Source of the DNA: an uncultured Streptomycetaceae bacterium
Lineage (GTDB): Bacteria > Pseudomonadota > Gammaproteobacteria > Burkholderiales > SG8-41
Reading direction: 5' to 3'
Length of the DNA stretch: 32,713 nucleotides
Assembly: GCA_964365845.1 (NCBI GenBank)
Contig: CAYIRZ010000002.1
Span: 10,240-42,952 of the forward strand
The notes beneath the pieces are model-generated. The model was not told where the DNA came from. It saw only the letters and a list, made by a program, of their open reading frames with translations, and did not search any database. The translations under genes and the position numbers were made by a program. How positions within the stretch are numbered: position 1 is the stretch's first letter; each line of letters opens with the position of its first letter. Below are positions 1-8,187 of this stretch, one piece after another.

Positions 1-56
1 GGCCGCCCCGCGGGGGCCCGGCCCCCCCGCCCCCCGGGCGCCCCCCCCCCCCCCCC
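1..56. other. G/C-only low-complexity tract at the window/contig terminus (probable sequencing or assembly artefact)
   Basis: Positions 1-57 are only C and G, ending in a run of 17 C (41-57). The minus-strand hemC frame turns into poly-Gly here instead of continuing the conserved HemC sequence. Confidence 0.6.
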
Positions 57-779
57 CTCCGCGCTCACGCATGCAGCGGTCGCGCCGTGATTGAGCGGGG
101 CCAGCAGCCGGATGAGATCCTCGCGCCCGGCGCGGCATTCGATGCCAAGCGCGCCCTGACCTACCGCGGGCAGGCTCTCCTCGGGCGTGAGCAGCGCGGT
201 GATGCGCTCTTCAAGATCGAGGCGTTTCAGTCCAGCGGCAGCGAGAATGATCGCGTCGTACTGCCCCTCGTCCAGCTTCCTCAGCCGGGTCTGCACATTG
301 CCGCGCAGCGGCTCGATCACCAACTGCGGGTAGCGCGCGCGCAACTGGCTTTCGCGGCGCAGGCTGGAGGTGCCGACGCGACTTCCGGCCGGCAGTTCGC
401 CGAGACTGCGGTAACGGCTGGAAACGAAAGCGTCGCGCGGGTCGGCGCGCTCGGTGATCGCGGCCAGCACGAACCCCGGCGGCAAGTGCATCGGCACGTC
501 CTTCACCGAGTGCACGGCGATATCGGCGCGGCCTTGCGCGAGCGCGTCCTCGAGTTCCTTGACGAACAGCCCCTTGCCGCCGATCTTGGCAAGCGAAGTA
601 CCGAGCTTGCGGTCGCCCTCGGTGGTCATGCCGAGAATCGAGATTTCGATTCCTGAATATAATGCCGCAAGCCGTGCCTGGATGTGACGCGCCTGCCACA
701 TGGCGAGCGCACTCTCGCGCGAGGCTATCACCACGCGCTCGGGAAGCGCTCCTGCCGCAGCATTAGCTATCAATGACAC
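57..779 (-). CDS. hemC: porphobilinogen deaminase (hydroxymethylbilane synthase), 3' end cut off by the window edge/artefact
   Basis: Manual minus-strand translation from GTG at 779: [103 protein letters not shown]...[37 protein letters not shown]. It has HemC hallmark motifs (SRESxLAxWQA, [11 protein letters not shown], AVHSx[12 protein letters not shown]). There is no stop inside the window, so it is absent from the ORF track. The exact start is uncertain. Confidence 0.85.
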
Positions 780-904
780 TTTCGCATTCTTTTCCAGGGT
801 GGTTTTGTTTAAGGAGCTTGTTGGACTCAAGACCGACAATCTCCTAGCTGGATCGTTGCGATTTTAGCATGCGCTGCTGCTGCCGCCGCCGCGCAAACCG
901 GGCT

Positions 905-1540
905 TCATGCCGCTCCCGGCTGATCACGTCCATGCCGCCAGCGCAGCGCCGACTGCACGGCGGGGTTGGCGCGCAGCCCCTCCCAGAACGGCAGGGCGCC
1001 GGAGCGATAGAAACTGTCGATCAGCGCGACGGTTTGATCGGGCGTGACTTGAGCCGCGGCGGGTAGCAGCGCCAGTAGCGCGAAAAAGACGACCCACGCG
1101 CCGATCGCAAGACCTTTCCCCACCGGATATTGCATCGGCACTGTGGCGCCCGCCGCAGCCGCCGGCAGGATGCGCCAGCCGATGATGCCGCCGGCAACGA
1201 TTGCGATAATCTGGCCGAGCGAGGTCGGCAATGCGATCACCACCAGCGTGGCGAGGACGGTGAGCGTTATCCGCGGCCGGTCGGGGCACAGGCTTTTCGC
1301 CATGCCCCACACCGCCTGCGAAATGCCGATGGCGATACCGATCTGGCTCGACGCCGGGCCGGGCAGAAACTGGCACAGCGCGACGAGATCGGCATACGAC
1401 TTCTCGTCGAACCAGCGGCGGCGCTTCACGAACTCGTCGCGGAAATAGCCCAGGTGCGCAACCGGGCCGCCGAAAGACGTGAAGCCGAGCCTCAGAAAAA
1501 TCCAGAATACTGCCAACGCCGAAGCTTTTCTTTCCGTCAT
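905..1540 (-). CDS. chrA: chromate transporter (CHR/ChrA family) gene, abnormally short and probably a decayed remnant
   Basis: The 211-aa ORF carries CHR motifs: FLRLGFTSFGGPVAHLGYFRDEFVKRRRW, YADLVALCQFLPGPASSQ, AVWGMAKSLCPDR, FYRSGAL. It is about half the size of typical long-chain ChrA and has no partner half-gene. The motif order suggests internal deletions (see findings). Confidence 0.6.
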   Translation of the reverse strand: MTERKASALAVFWIFLRLGFTSFGGPVAHLGYFRDEFVKRRRWFDEKSYADLVALCQFLPGPASSQIGIAIGISQAVWGMAKSLCPDRPRITLTVLATLVVIALPTSLGQIIAIVAGGIIGWRILPAAAAGATVPMQYPVGKGLAIGAWVVFFALLALLPAAAQVTPDQTVALIDSFYRSGALPFWEGLRANPAVQSALRWRHGRDQPGAA

Positions 1541-1630
1541 GACACGGATCTCCCCGATTTTCCTGTCAGCTCGATGCGTTTTTCAGCCGCCGATTTCAGC
1601 GGGAGCGCACTGCGGATTGGCGAAGCGAAA

Positions 1631-2379
<749 letters not shown>

Positions 2380-2383
<4 letters not shown>

Positions 2384-3399
2384 GGCTCGAGGCCCTTTAT
2401 GTACGGCATCACGATATGCACTTGGTAGTTGTCATCAGTCACCTTCGTCACGAGGGTGGCTTCGGCGTCGAAATGGAGCTGCAGCCGCTCGCGGATGTTG
2501 CCCAACGCCATTTTGTTGCCGGCGTGGTGGCTGCCCTCGTGCCGGTAAGGGTTGCGCAGCACGGCATGCACCTGCTCGCGGGCGGCATAGATGTCGATGC
2601 TGATGACGCCGGGCTCGCTGCGCGGCTCGATGCCGTGATAAACCGCATTCTCGAGCAGCGGCTGCAGCACCAGCGGCGGGACCAGCGCGTCGCGCGGCAT
2701 CTTGTCGACATGCCACTCGACCCTGAGCCGCTCGCCCAGGCGCAACTGCTCCAGATTGAGGTACTGGCGGCACAGTTCGACTTCGCGCGCCAGCGGCGTC
2801 AACTCCCGGTTGTCCGCCATCAGCACCCGGAACAGGTCCGACATGTCCTCCAGCGCGACTTCGGCGCGCTTCGGGTCCTGGCGTATCAGCGACAGCACGG
2901 CGTTGATGCTGTTGAACAGGAAATGCGGCCGGATGCGGGCCTGCAGCGCCTGCAACCGCGCTTCCGACAGTGCCGGCGACAGCGCGCGGCCGCGCAGGTC
3001 GAAGTAGACCAGCAGCATCACCGTGACGATGAACACCAGCAGCCAATAGCGCTCCAGCGGCGCGAGTTCCGCCGCCAGCAGCGGGCGGCCGGCGGCATAA
3101 AGCAGGGCCGTGAGCGCCAGTTCGAGCGCGACCACCACCAGACTGCCGAGATAATACGGCAGCCGGTTGAGCACGCCGTTGAGCGCCATCAGGGCGATCA
3201 GGCTCAGGATCAGCAGCGGCTCCACCACGGCGGAAATTTCGAGCAGTTCGTTCCACGTCGCGCGCAGCGTCACGCTTTTTACCACCGCGGCGGCAACCGC
3301 GGCCAGGTTCACGATCAGCAGAATGCGCAGCAGAATCCCGAGGTTGCGGAAATTCGGCAGGGCGCTGCCGTAGGCGTTTTGATTTACAATGCCGGTCAT
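2380..3399 (-). CDS. algZ: LytS/AlgZ(FimS)-type sensor histidine kinase
   Basis: 339 aa with hydrophobic N-terminal helices. It has the His_kinase motif [18 protein letters not shown] and the ATPase N-box [11 protein letters not shown]. It is translationally coupled to the LytTR regulator and divergent from argH. Confidence 0.8.
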
Positions 3400-3428
3400 G
3401 CGGCAATCATTCTAACAGGCCTAACACC

Positions 3429-4826
3429 GTGAGCAATAAAGACAAATCCAGCGGCAACCCAAAGCCGTGGTCGGGGCGGTTCGTTGAACCGGTGACCGAC
3501 CTCGTCAAGCAATTCACTGCGTCGGTCACCTTCGATCAGCGCCTGGCCGAGTTCGACATCGAGGGCTCCATCGCCCATGCGCGCATGCTTCATGCCGTCG
3601 GCATCCTCGCCAAGGACGATCTCGGCGCCATCGAGAAAGGTCTGGCGCAGATTCTGGACGAGATCCGCGGCGGCAGCTTTCCGTGGTCGATCGATCTCGA
3701 AGATGTGCACCTCAACATCGAACGGCGGCTGACCGATCTCGCCGGCGACGCCGGCAAGCGCCTGCACACCGCGCGCTCCAGGAACGACCAGGTGGCAACC
3801 GACGTGCGGCTTTACCTGCGCGCCTCGATCGACCACGTGCTGACGCTGATCAAGTCGCTGCAGCGCGCCCTGCTCGACCTTGCCGATAAGCACACCGAGA
3901 CCGTGATGCCGGGCTTCACCCATCTGCAGGTCGCGCAGCCGGTATCGTTCGCCCATCACCTGCTCGCTTATTTCGAAATGCTCACGCGCGACGCCCAGCG
4001 ACTTGCTGAATGCCGCAAGCGCGTCAACAAGCTGCCGCTCGGCGCGGCTGCCCTTGCCGGCACCTCATTTCCGATCGACCGCCTGATGGTGGCCAAGGAA
4101 CTGGGGTTCGACGGCGTATGCGAGAACTCGCTCGATGCCGTGTCCGACCGCGACTTCGCGATCGAATTCTGCGCCGGCGCCGCGCTGGTGATGACGCATC
4201 TGTCGCGTTTCTGTGAGGAATTGATCCTGTGGATGAACCCGCGCTTCGGCTTCATCGACATTGCCGACCGCTTCTGCACCGGCTCGTCGATCATGCCGCA
4301 GAAAAAAAACCCCGACGTGGCGGAACTGATTCGCGGCAAGACCGGGCGCGTCAACGGCCACCTGGTGGCGCTGCTGACGCTGATGAAAGCGCAGCCGCTC
4401 GCCTACAACAAGGACAACCAGGAAGACAAGGAGCCGCTGTTCGACACCGTGGACACGCTGATGACGAGCCTCGCGGTGTTCGCCGAGATGCTGGGCGGCA
4501 TCAAGGTCAATCGCGACGCAATGCGCGCGGCGGCACTGCAGGGCTATGCCACCGCCACCGATCTCGCCGACTACCTGGTCAAGAAAGGCGTGCCGTTCCG
4601 CGAAGCGCACGAAGCGGTGGCGCAGGCGGTGCGTTTTGCGGAAACGCGTGGCTGCGGCCTCGCCGACCTCAAACTCTCCGAACTGCAGCAGTTCTCGCCG
4701 CTGATCGGCGAGGACATATTCGAAGCGCTGACCCTTGAAGGCTCGTTGGCCAGCCGCAGCCATATCGGCGGCACCGCGCCGGCGCGGGTGAAGGCAGCGA
4801 TCGCCAAGGCGCGCAAAGGGTTGTAA
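3429..4826 (+). CDS. argH: argininosuccinate lyase
   Basis: 465 aa with a GTG start. Fumarate-lyase superfamily signatures: WSGRF near the N-terminus, [53 protein letters not shown]. Confidence 0.95.
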   Translation: MSNKDKSSGNPKPWSGRFVEPVTDLVKQFTASVTFDQRLAEFDIEGSIAHARMLHAVGILAKDDLGAIEKGLAQILDEIRGGSFPWSIDLEDVHLNIERRLTDLAGDAGKRLHTARSRNDQVATDVRLYLRASIDHVLTLIKSLQRALLDLADKHTETVMPGFTHLQVAQPVSFAHHLLAYFEMLTRDAQRLAECRKRVNKLPLGAAALAGTSFPIDRLMVAKELGFDGVCENSLDAVSDRDFAIEFCAGAALVMTHLSRFCEELILWMNPRFGFIDIADRFCTGSSIMPQKKNPDVAELIRGKTGRVNGHLVALLTLMKAQPLAYNKDNQEDKEPLFDTVDTLMTSLAVFAEMLGGIKVNRDAMRAAALQGYATATDLADYLVKKGVPFREAHEAVAQAVRFAETRGCGLADLKLSELQQFSPLIGEDIFEALTLEGSLASRSHIGGTAPARVKAAIAKARKGL

Positions 4827-4838
4827 TAGCCAAGAGCA

Positions 4839-5002
4839 TTAGCCGCCGATGAATTCTTCTCAATACCTTCTTTTCAACACCCCCTTGAGGGGTGCGCTTG
4901 ACGGGTACGCCGATAGATTCTTCTCAATACCCGTTCTTTTTAATACCTTCCTTTCAACACCCGCTTGACGGGTGCGCTCGACGGGTACTTGACGGGTACG
5001 CC
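4839..5002 (+). repeat. left arm of the islet-flanking repeat: two tandem units of a ~72-nt hairpin (REP/MITE-like) element
   Basis: Unit 1 is 4839-4911: TTAGCCGCC..TTCTTTTCAACACCCCCTTGAGGGGTGCGCTTGACGGGTACGCC. Unit 2 is 4912-5002, an expanded version. Each has a 6-bp stem CACCCC/GGGGTG; unit 2 reads CACCCG/CGGGTG. The reverse complement matches 8082-8153. Confidence 0.85.
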
Positions 5003-5152
5003 GATGAAAACCCAAGGGTGCGCAGCCAAAGAGCACGGTATCATCGTAACATATTGTTTTATTTGTATTTTTATCTGTCGTAGGTCGGCAATCCTTTGCC
5101 GACAATAAGTAGCGGCGGCATCGCGCCCAAACGCTCAGAACTTTCCTTATGG

Positions 5153-5181
5153 TTGCACCCTATACGCTTGCCGCGTATAGT
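5153..5181 (+). promoter_or_regulatory. sigma70-like promoter TTGCAC-N17-TATAGT with an embedded inverted-repeat operator, upstream of the higB-like gene
   Basis: TTGCAC is at 5153-5158 and TATAGT at 5176-5181. A perfect inverted repeat CTATACGC-TTGCC-GCGTATAG (5160-5180) fills the spacer and the -10. The higB ATG at 5189 is 8 nt after the -10 and has no Shine-Dalgarno. Confidence 0.5.
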
Positions 5182-5188
5182 TAGAGCA

Positions 5189-5509
5189 ATGGTCTTTGTC
5201 GAGCTCACGCCGTTCATCGCTTTTCGTGCTGAGCACTGGAGCGACGAGGATTTGCGTAGCTTGCAAAATTTTTTGCTTGCAACGCCAGACGCAGGCGATG
5301 TCATCCCAGGCGGTTCCGGTTTGCGCAAGCTGCGCTGGTCTGCACAAGGGCGGGGCAAGCGGGGTGGCGCAAGGGTGATCTATTACCGGCATGTGCCGGG
5401 AGAACGCATCTACCTGATTTACGCTTACGTTAAGAGTGCGCAGACTGACCTGACCCGCGAGCAGATCAAAGCGTTGGCACAACTAATGAAGGATACGAAG
5501 AATGGATAA
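5189..5509 (+). CDS. higB: type II toxin, RelE/ParE superfamily, HigB-2-like
   Basis: I trimmed the ORF 5096..5509 to the ATG at 5189 (106 aa). Sequence: MVFVELTPFIAFRAEHWSDEDLRSLQNFLLATPDAGDVIPGGSGLRKLRWSAQGRGKRGGARVIYY...IYLIYAYVKSAQTDLT. This matches the HigB-2 pattern (GGLRKxR...GKRGGxRxIYY). The toxin-first order and 8-nt overlap with the antitoxin are typical of higBA. Confidence 0.8.
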   Translation: MVFVELTPFIAFRAEHWSDEDLRSLQNFLLATPDAGDVIPGGSGLRKLRWSAQGRGKRGGARVIYYRHVPGERIYLIYAYVKSAQTDLTREQIKALAQLMKDTKNG

Positions 5510-5792
5510 GCAACATTTCGACCAACTAGTCAAAGGTGTGCGCGAAATGAAGCGCCATATGACAGGCAAATCCGTGCGTGGCGTAAGAACGACCGAACTG
5601 CCTGCGCCTGACGTGCGCACCATCCGCGAGGCGGCCAATATCAGCCAGAGCCAGTTCGCGAAATTGATTGGCGTAAACCTGCGCACGCTGCAAAACTGGG
5701 AGCAGCAACGCACGCAGCCCAGCGGGCCCGCCAGGGCGCTGCTCAAGATCGTTGCTTCAAACCCGAAGGCGATTGAGGCGTTGCATGGGTAA
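5502..5792 (+). CDS. higA: type II antitoxin, XRE-type helix-turn-helix, HigA-2-like
   Basis: 96 aa. HTH segment: IREAANISQSQFAKLIGVNLRTLQNWEQQRTQPSGPARALLKIVASNP. It resembles HigA-2 (SQSKFA...LRNWEQGRRxPTGPAKALL). It overlaps the toxin gene. Confidence 0.8.
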   Translation: MDKQHFDQLVKGVREMKRHMTGKSVRGVRTTELPAPDVRTIREAANISQSQFAKLIGVNLRTLQNWEQQRTQPSGPARALLKIVASNPKAIEALHG

Positions 5793-5799
5793 ATCTGAA

Positions 5800-5829
5800 T
5801 TGCCGCCTCATGCGGCGCCCGGTTATCAT
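5800..5829 (+). promoter_or_regulatory. possible promoter TTGCCG-N18-TATCAT for the antitoxin/PIN pair
   Basis: The hexamers are at 5800-5805 and 5824-5829. A strong RBS, AAGGAGG, lies 7 nt before the ATG at 5911. This is weak, sequence-only evidence. Confidence 0.25.
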
Positions 5830-5910
5830 GTGGGGGTCGTATTTCAAATGTGCGCCACCGCCTAAAAGCAGGCCACCAGTGACCCGGCTGGTTCTTAAGG
5901 AGGTTATACC

Positions 5911-6159
5911 ATGACAACGATTCAGATCGAGTTGCCTGATGCGACCGCGAATGCCGCGCGCGATGCCGGGCTACTCACGCCGCACGCGCTGGAGCGGCTG
6001 ATCAACGATGCGCTTCGACGCAAGCAGGCGGCCGACTCGTTGCTGTCCATTGCCGACCGCGTGGCCGCCGCCGGTATCCCGCCGATGTCGATGGAAGAGA
6101 TCAACGCGGAGGTGACGGCCGCACGCGCAGAGCGCAAACAGCGTGCGGGCGGTCATTGA
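5911..6159 (+). CDS. putative antitoxin partner of the PIN toxin (small acidic/helical protein, family not assigned)
   Basis: 82 aa. A consensus RBS AAGGAGG lies 7 nt upstream. It overlaps the downstream PIN gene by 17 nt. Its size and position are typical of a type II antitoxin. Confidence 0.6.
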   Translation: MTTIQIELPDATANAARDAGLLTPHALERLINDALRRKQAADSLLSIADRVAAAGIPPMSMEEINAEVTAARAERKQRAGGH

Positions 6160-6562
6160 TACGAATGTGCTGCTGTCCGGGCTGCTGTGGCGTGGCGCGC
6201 CGTATGCGCTGATTGAGCATGTGCAGGCTGGCACGCTCGCCATGGTCAGCAGCCCGGCGCTGTTGGCCGAACTGGCCGAGGTGATCAGCCGCGCAAAGTT
6301 CGATGCGATCCTGGCGCGCTCGAACACCTCGCGCGAGCGCTCCCTGGATGAGATGCGCCAAATGGCCGAAGTGATCGTGCCGCCGCCGTTGCCACAACCG
6401 GTGTGCCGCGATCCCGACGACGATCACGTGCTTGCATGCGCCCTGGCCGCTAAGGCCGATCTCATCGTTACGGGCGATGCCGACCTTCTCAATCTGCGCG
6501 AGTATCAGGGTATTCGCATCGTCGCCGCCGTCGAGGCGCTACGCCTCATCGAGCGCGCCTGA
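6143..6562 (+). CDS. PIN-domain toxin (stand-alone PIN family of the VIDTNVLxS type)
   Basis: 139 aa with a GTG start. Sequence: MRAVIDTNVLLSGLLWRGAPYALIEHV...SPALLAELAEVISRAKF...DPDDDHVLACALAAKADLIVTGDADLL. The acidic PIN residues are in the expected order (DTN, E, D, TGD). Confidence 0.8.
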   Translation: MRAVIDTNVLLSGLLWRGAPYALIEHVQAGTLAMVSSPALLAELAEVISRAKFDAILARSNTSRERSLDEMRQMAEVIVPPPLPQPVCRDPDDDHVLACALAAKADLIVTGDADLLNLREYQGIRIVAAVEALRLIERA

Positions 6563-6588
6563 GAGCGTGCAATTATCGGAAGGTCAAG

Positions 6589-6741
6589 ATCAGCCAGAGC
6601 CAGTTCGCGAAATTGATTGGCGTAAACCTACGCACGCTGCAAAACTGGGAGCAGCAACGCACGCAGCCGACCGGGCCCGCCAGGGCGCTGCTCAAGATCG
6701 TTGCTTTAAACCGGAAGGCGATTGAGGCCTTGCACGGATAA
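6589..6741 (+). pseudogene. 5'-truncated second copy of the higA 3' half
   Basis: 153 nt align with 5640-5792 with 8 mismatches (manual alignment). The frame is preserved: ISQSQFAKLIGVNLRTLQNWEQQRTQPTGPARALLKIVALNRKAIEALHG*. There is no N-terminal third, no ATG and no partner toxin. Confidence 0.8.
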
Positions 6742-6898
6742 ATCTGGCCTGTCTCCGATCGAGCGAAACGTGGCTAGTCTCCAAAGGCGCTCCAAGTATA
6801 ATTTTCCGGAAATGTGACCCGTGATGACTATACAAGGGCGGGAAAACGCAGCGATGGGGGCGGAAGGATGAAGGCCCCTAAAGGATACATTTCATTTA

Positions 6899-7942
6899 AT
6901 GAAGGATGAGCGCGGAGAGGTGATGCAGCTCGAATTCCTTGGGAAGCTGCAGCGCATCCTGAACGAAGGCCAGTTCACGGCGAGTTACAAGTACGCGCTG
7001 ATACTCGCAATTGCCGAGTTGAGCGTTGAAAAGACCAACTGCGAAGACGGCAGCCTGCATCTGCCACTCGAAGAAATCGCGGATCGCTTCATCGGGCTCT
7101 ACTGGCGGCAGGCGGCGCCGTTCGCCGGCAGATCTTTCCTCCACCAGAACGCAGGCCAACAGGCAAGTGTCGTTACAAAGATCCGAGGATTACAGGGGCG
7201 CGTGCCGACACTGTCTGCAGCTCGCCGTCATCGAGAGTGGCCTACGCTGGTTCGCTCGATCGCGCGCTTGCTGGTTCAAATGCCGCTGTGGAGGCTGCAG
7301 CGCGTTGGCGCTGACAAGCTGGATTTCCTTTACGAGGAGACGATCATCGATGAGGGGATTGTTCTGCGCCCCGGCATCGCCGACTGCTTCCGGCAACAGT
7401 TCACCGTGGTACAGGCGCTGGTGCAGATGGTGTGGCTGTCATTCATCCAGCGGCTCCCGGCTAATCGCCCAGTGCTGGGATCTACAGGGGATCTCGCCGA
7501 TTTTCTTTTCGGGAGTGAGCGGAGCGGACTCTCGGCCATCGTTAGCGGGCTGCGCGACCTGCAGAACGGCGAGTGTTTCTACTGCCAGGGACGCCTGCAG
7601 CAGACGGTCGAGGTGGACCACTTCATCCCCTGGTCACGCTATCCGCGCGATCTCGGGCATAACTTCGTGCTCGCGCATGGCTCATGTAATCAGGACAAGC
7701 GCGACATGCTTGCCGCTCCGGTACATCTCGCGCGCTGGGTCGAGCGGAACGACAACGATAACGCTGCGTTGCGGCAGATCTTCGACGAAGCCCGCTTCAT
7801 GTACGACACGGACGCGTCGCTCACTGTCGCCGAGTGGTCCTACGACACCGCTGAGCGGTCAGGCGCGCTCGTGTGGGTCCAGAAGAGAGGGCAAACCGCT
7901 CGGCTCACGCCGGAGTGGCGGCGGCTGTTCCTTGCCGTGTGA
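6899..7942 (+). CDS. HNH (His-Me finger) endonuclease-domain protein with an unassigned ~225-aa N-terminal domain
   Basis: 347 aa. An alternative start is the ATG at 6923, preceded by GGAGAGG. HNH motif at residues 226-267 (nt 7574-7699): CFYCQGRL...VEVDHFIPWSRYPRDLGHNFVLAHGSCNQDKRD. I recognise no family for the N-terminal part (QFTASYKYALILAIAELS...). Confidence 0.75.
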   Translation: MKDERGEVMQLEFLGKLQRILNEGQFTASYKYALILAIAELSVEKTNCEDGSLHLPLEEIADRFIGLYWRQAAPFAGRSFLHQNAGQQASVVTKIRGLQGRVPTLSAARRHREWPTLVRSIARLLVQMPLWRLQRVGADKLDFLYEETIIDEGIVLRPGIADCFRQQFTVVQALVQMVWLSFIQRLPANRPVLGSTGDLADFLFGSERSGLSAIVSGLRDLQNGECFYCQGRLQQTVEVDHFIPWSRYPRDLGHNFVLAHGSCNQDKRDMLAAPVHLARWVERNDNDNAALRQIFDEARFMYDTDASLTVAEWSYDTAERSGALVWVQKRGQTARLTPEWRRLFLAV

Positions 7943-8081
7943 TATGGATGCTTTGACGGCTCTTAGCAGCCCTGAAAGAGCTGTGAGTCATAAAGTCGCG
8001 AGATCGTAAGAGGATTTTCCTTCGCCCTCCCGCGCTCACGCTCTCCCGTCCTCAGTTATTTTTTGTTTTTCTTGGCGCCTT

Positions 8082-8153
8082 GGCGTACCCGTCGAGCGCA
8101 CCCCTCAAGGGGATGTTGAAAAGAAGGTATTGAAAAGAAGCCTTGGCGGCTAA
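8082..8153 (-). repeat. right arm of the islet-flanking repeat (inverted copy of 4839-4911)
   Basis: The reverse complement reads TTAGCCGCCAAGGCTTCTTTTCAATACCTTCTTTTCAACATCCCCTTGAGGGGTGCGCTCGACGGGTACGCC. The outer 9 nt are identical to the left arm. The 44-nt core differs at 2 positions. Confidence 0.85.
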
Positions 8154-8187
8154 ATGGGGTTCAACACACATTTTCTATGGCGGGCGC

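Noticed and set aside
1-56. Extreme C/G homopolymer-rich tract at the start of the window; it could be mistaken for a G-quadruplex/i-motif element or a poly-Gly tail on HemC
   Set aside because: It sits exactly at the sequence terminus. It replaces the conserved HemC C-terminal region straight after ...[13 protein letters not shown]. It has the look of a base-calling or assembly artefact (poly-G on the opposite strand). No biological reading is needed.
4839-5002. Tandem repeat units after argH as a possible CRISPR array
   Set aside because: There are only two units. They are directly adjacent with no unique spacers, and their lengths differ (73 versus 91 nt). An inverted third copy lies 3 kb away, and there are no cas genes. 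This is REP/MITE-like, not CRISPR.
7026-8009. 327-aa plus-strand ORF overlapping the HNH gene in another frame
   Set aside because: Its translation is Ser/Arg/Cys-rich with no motifs, whereas the 6899..7942 frame carries a complete HNH signature. It is an alternative-frame artefact.
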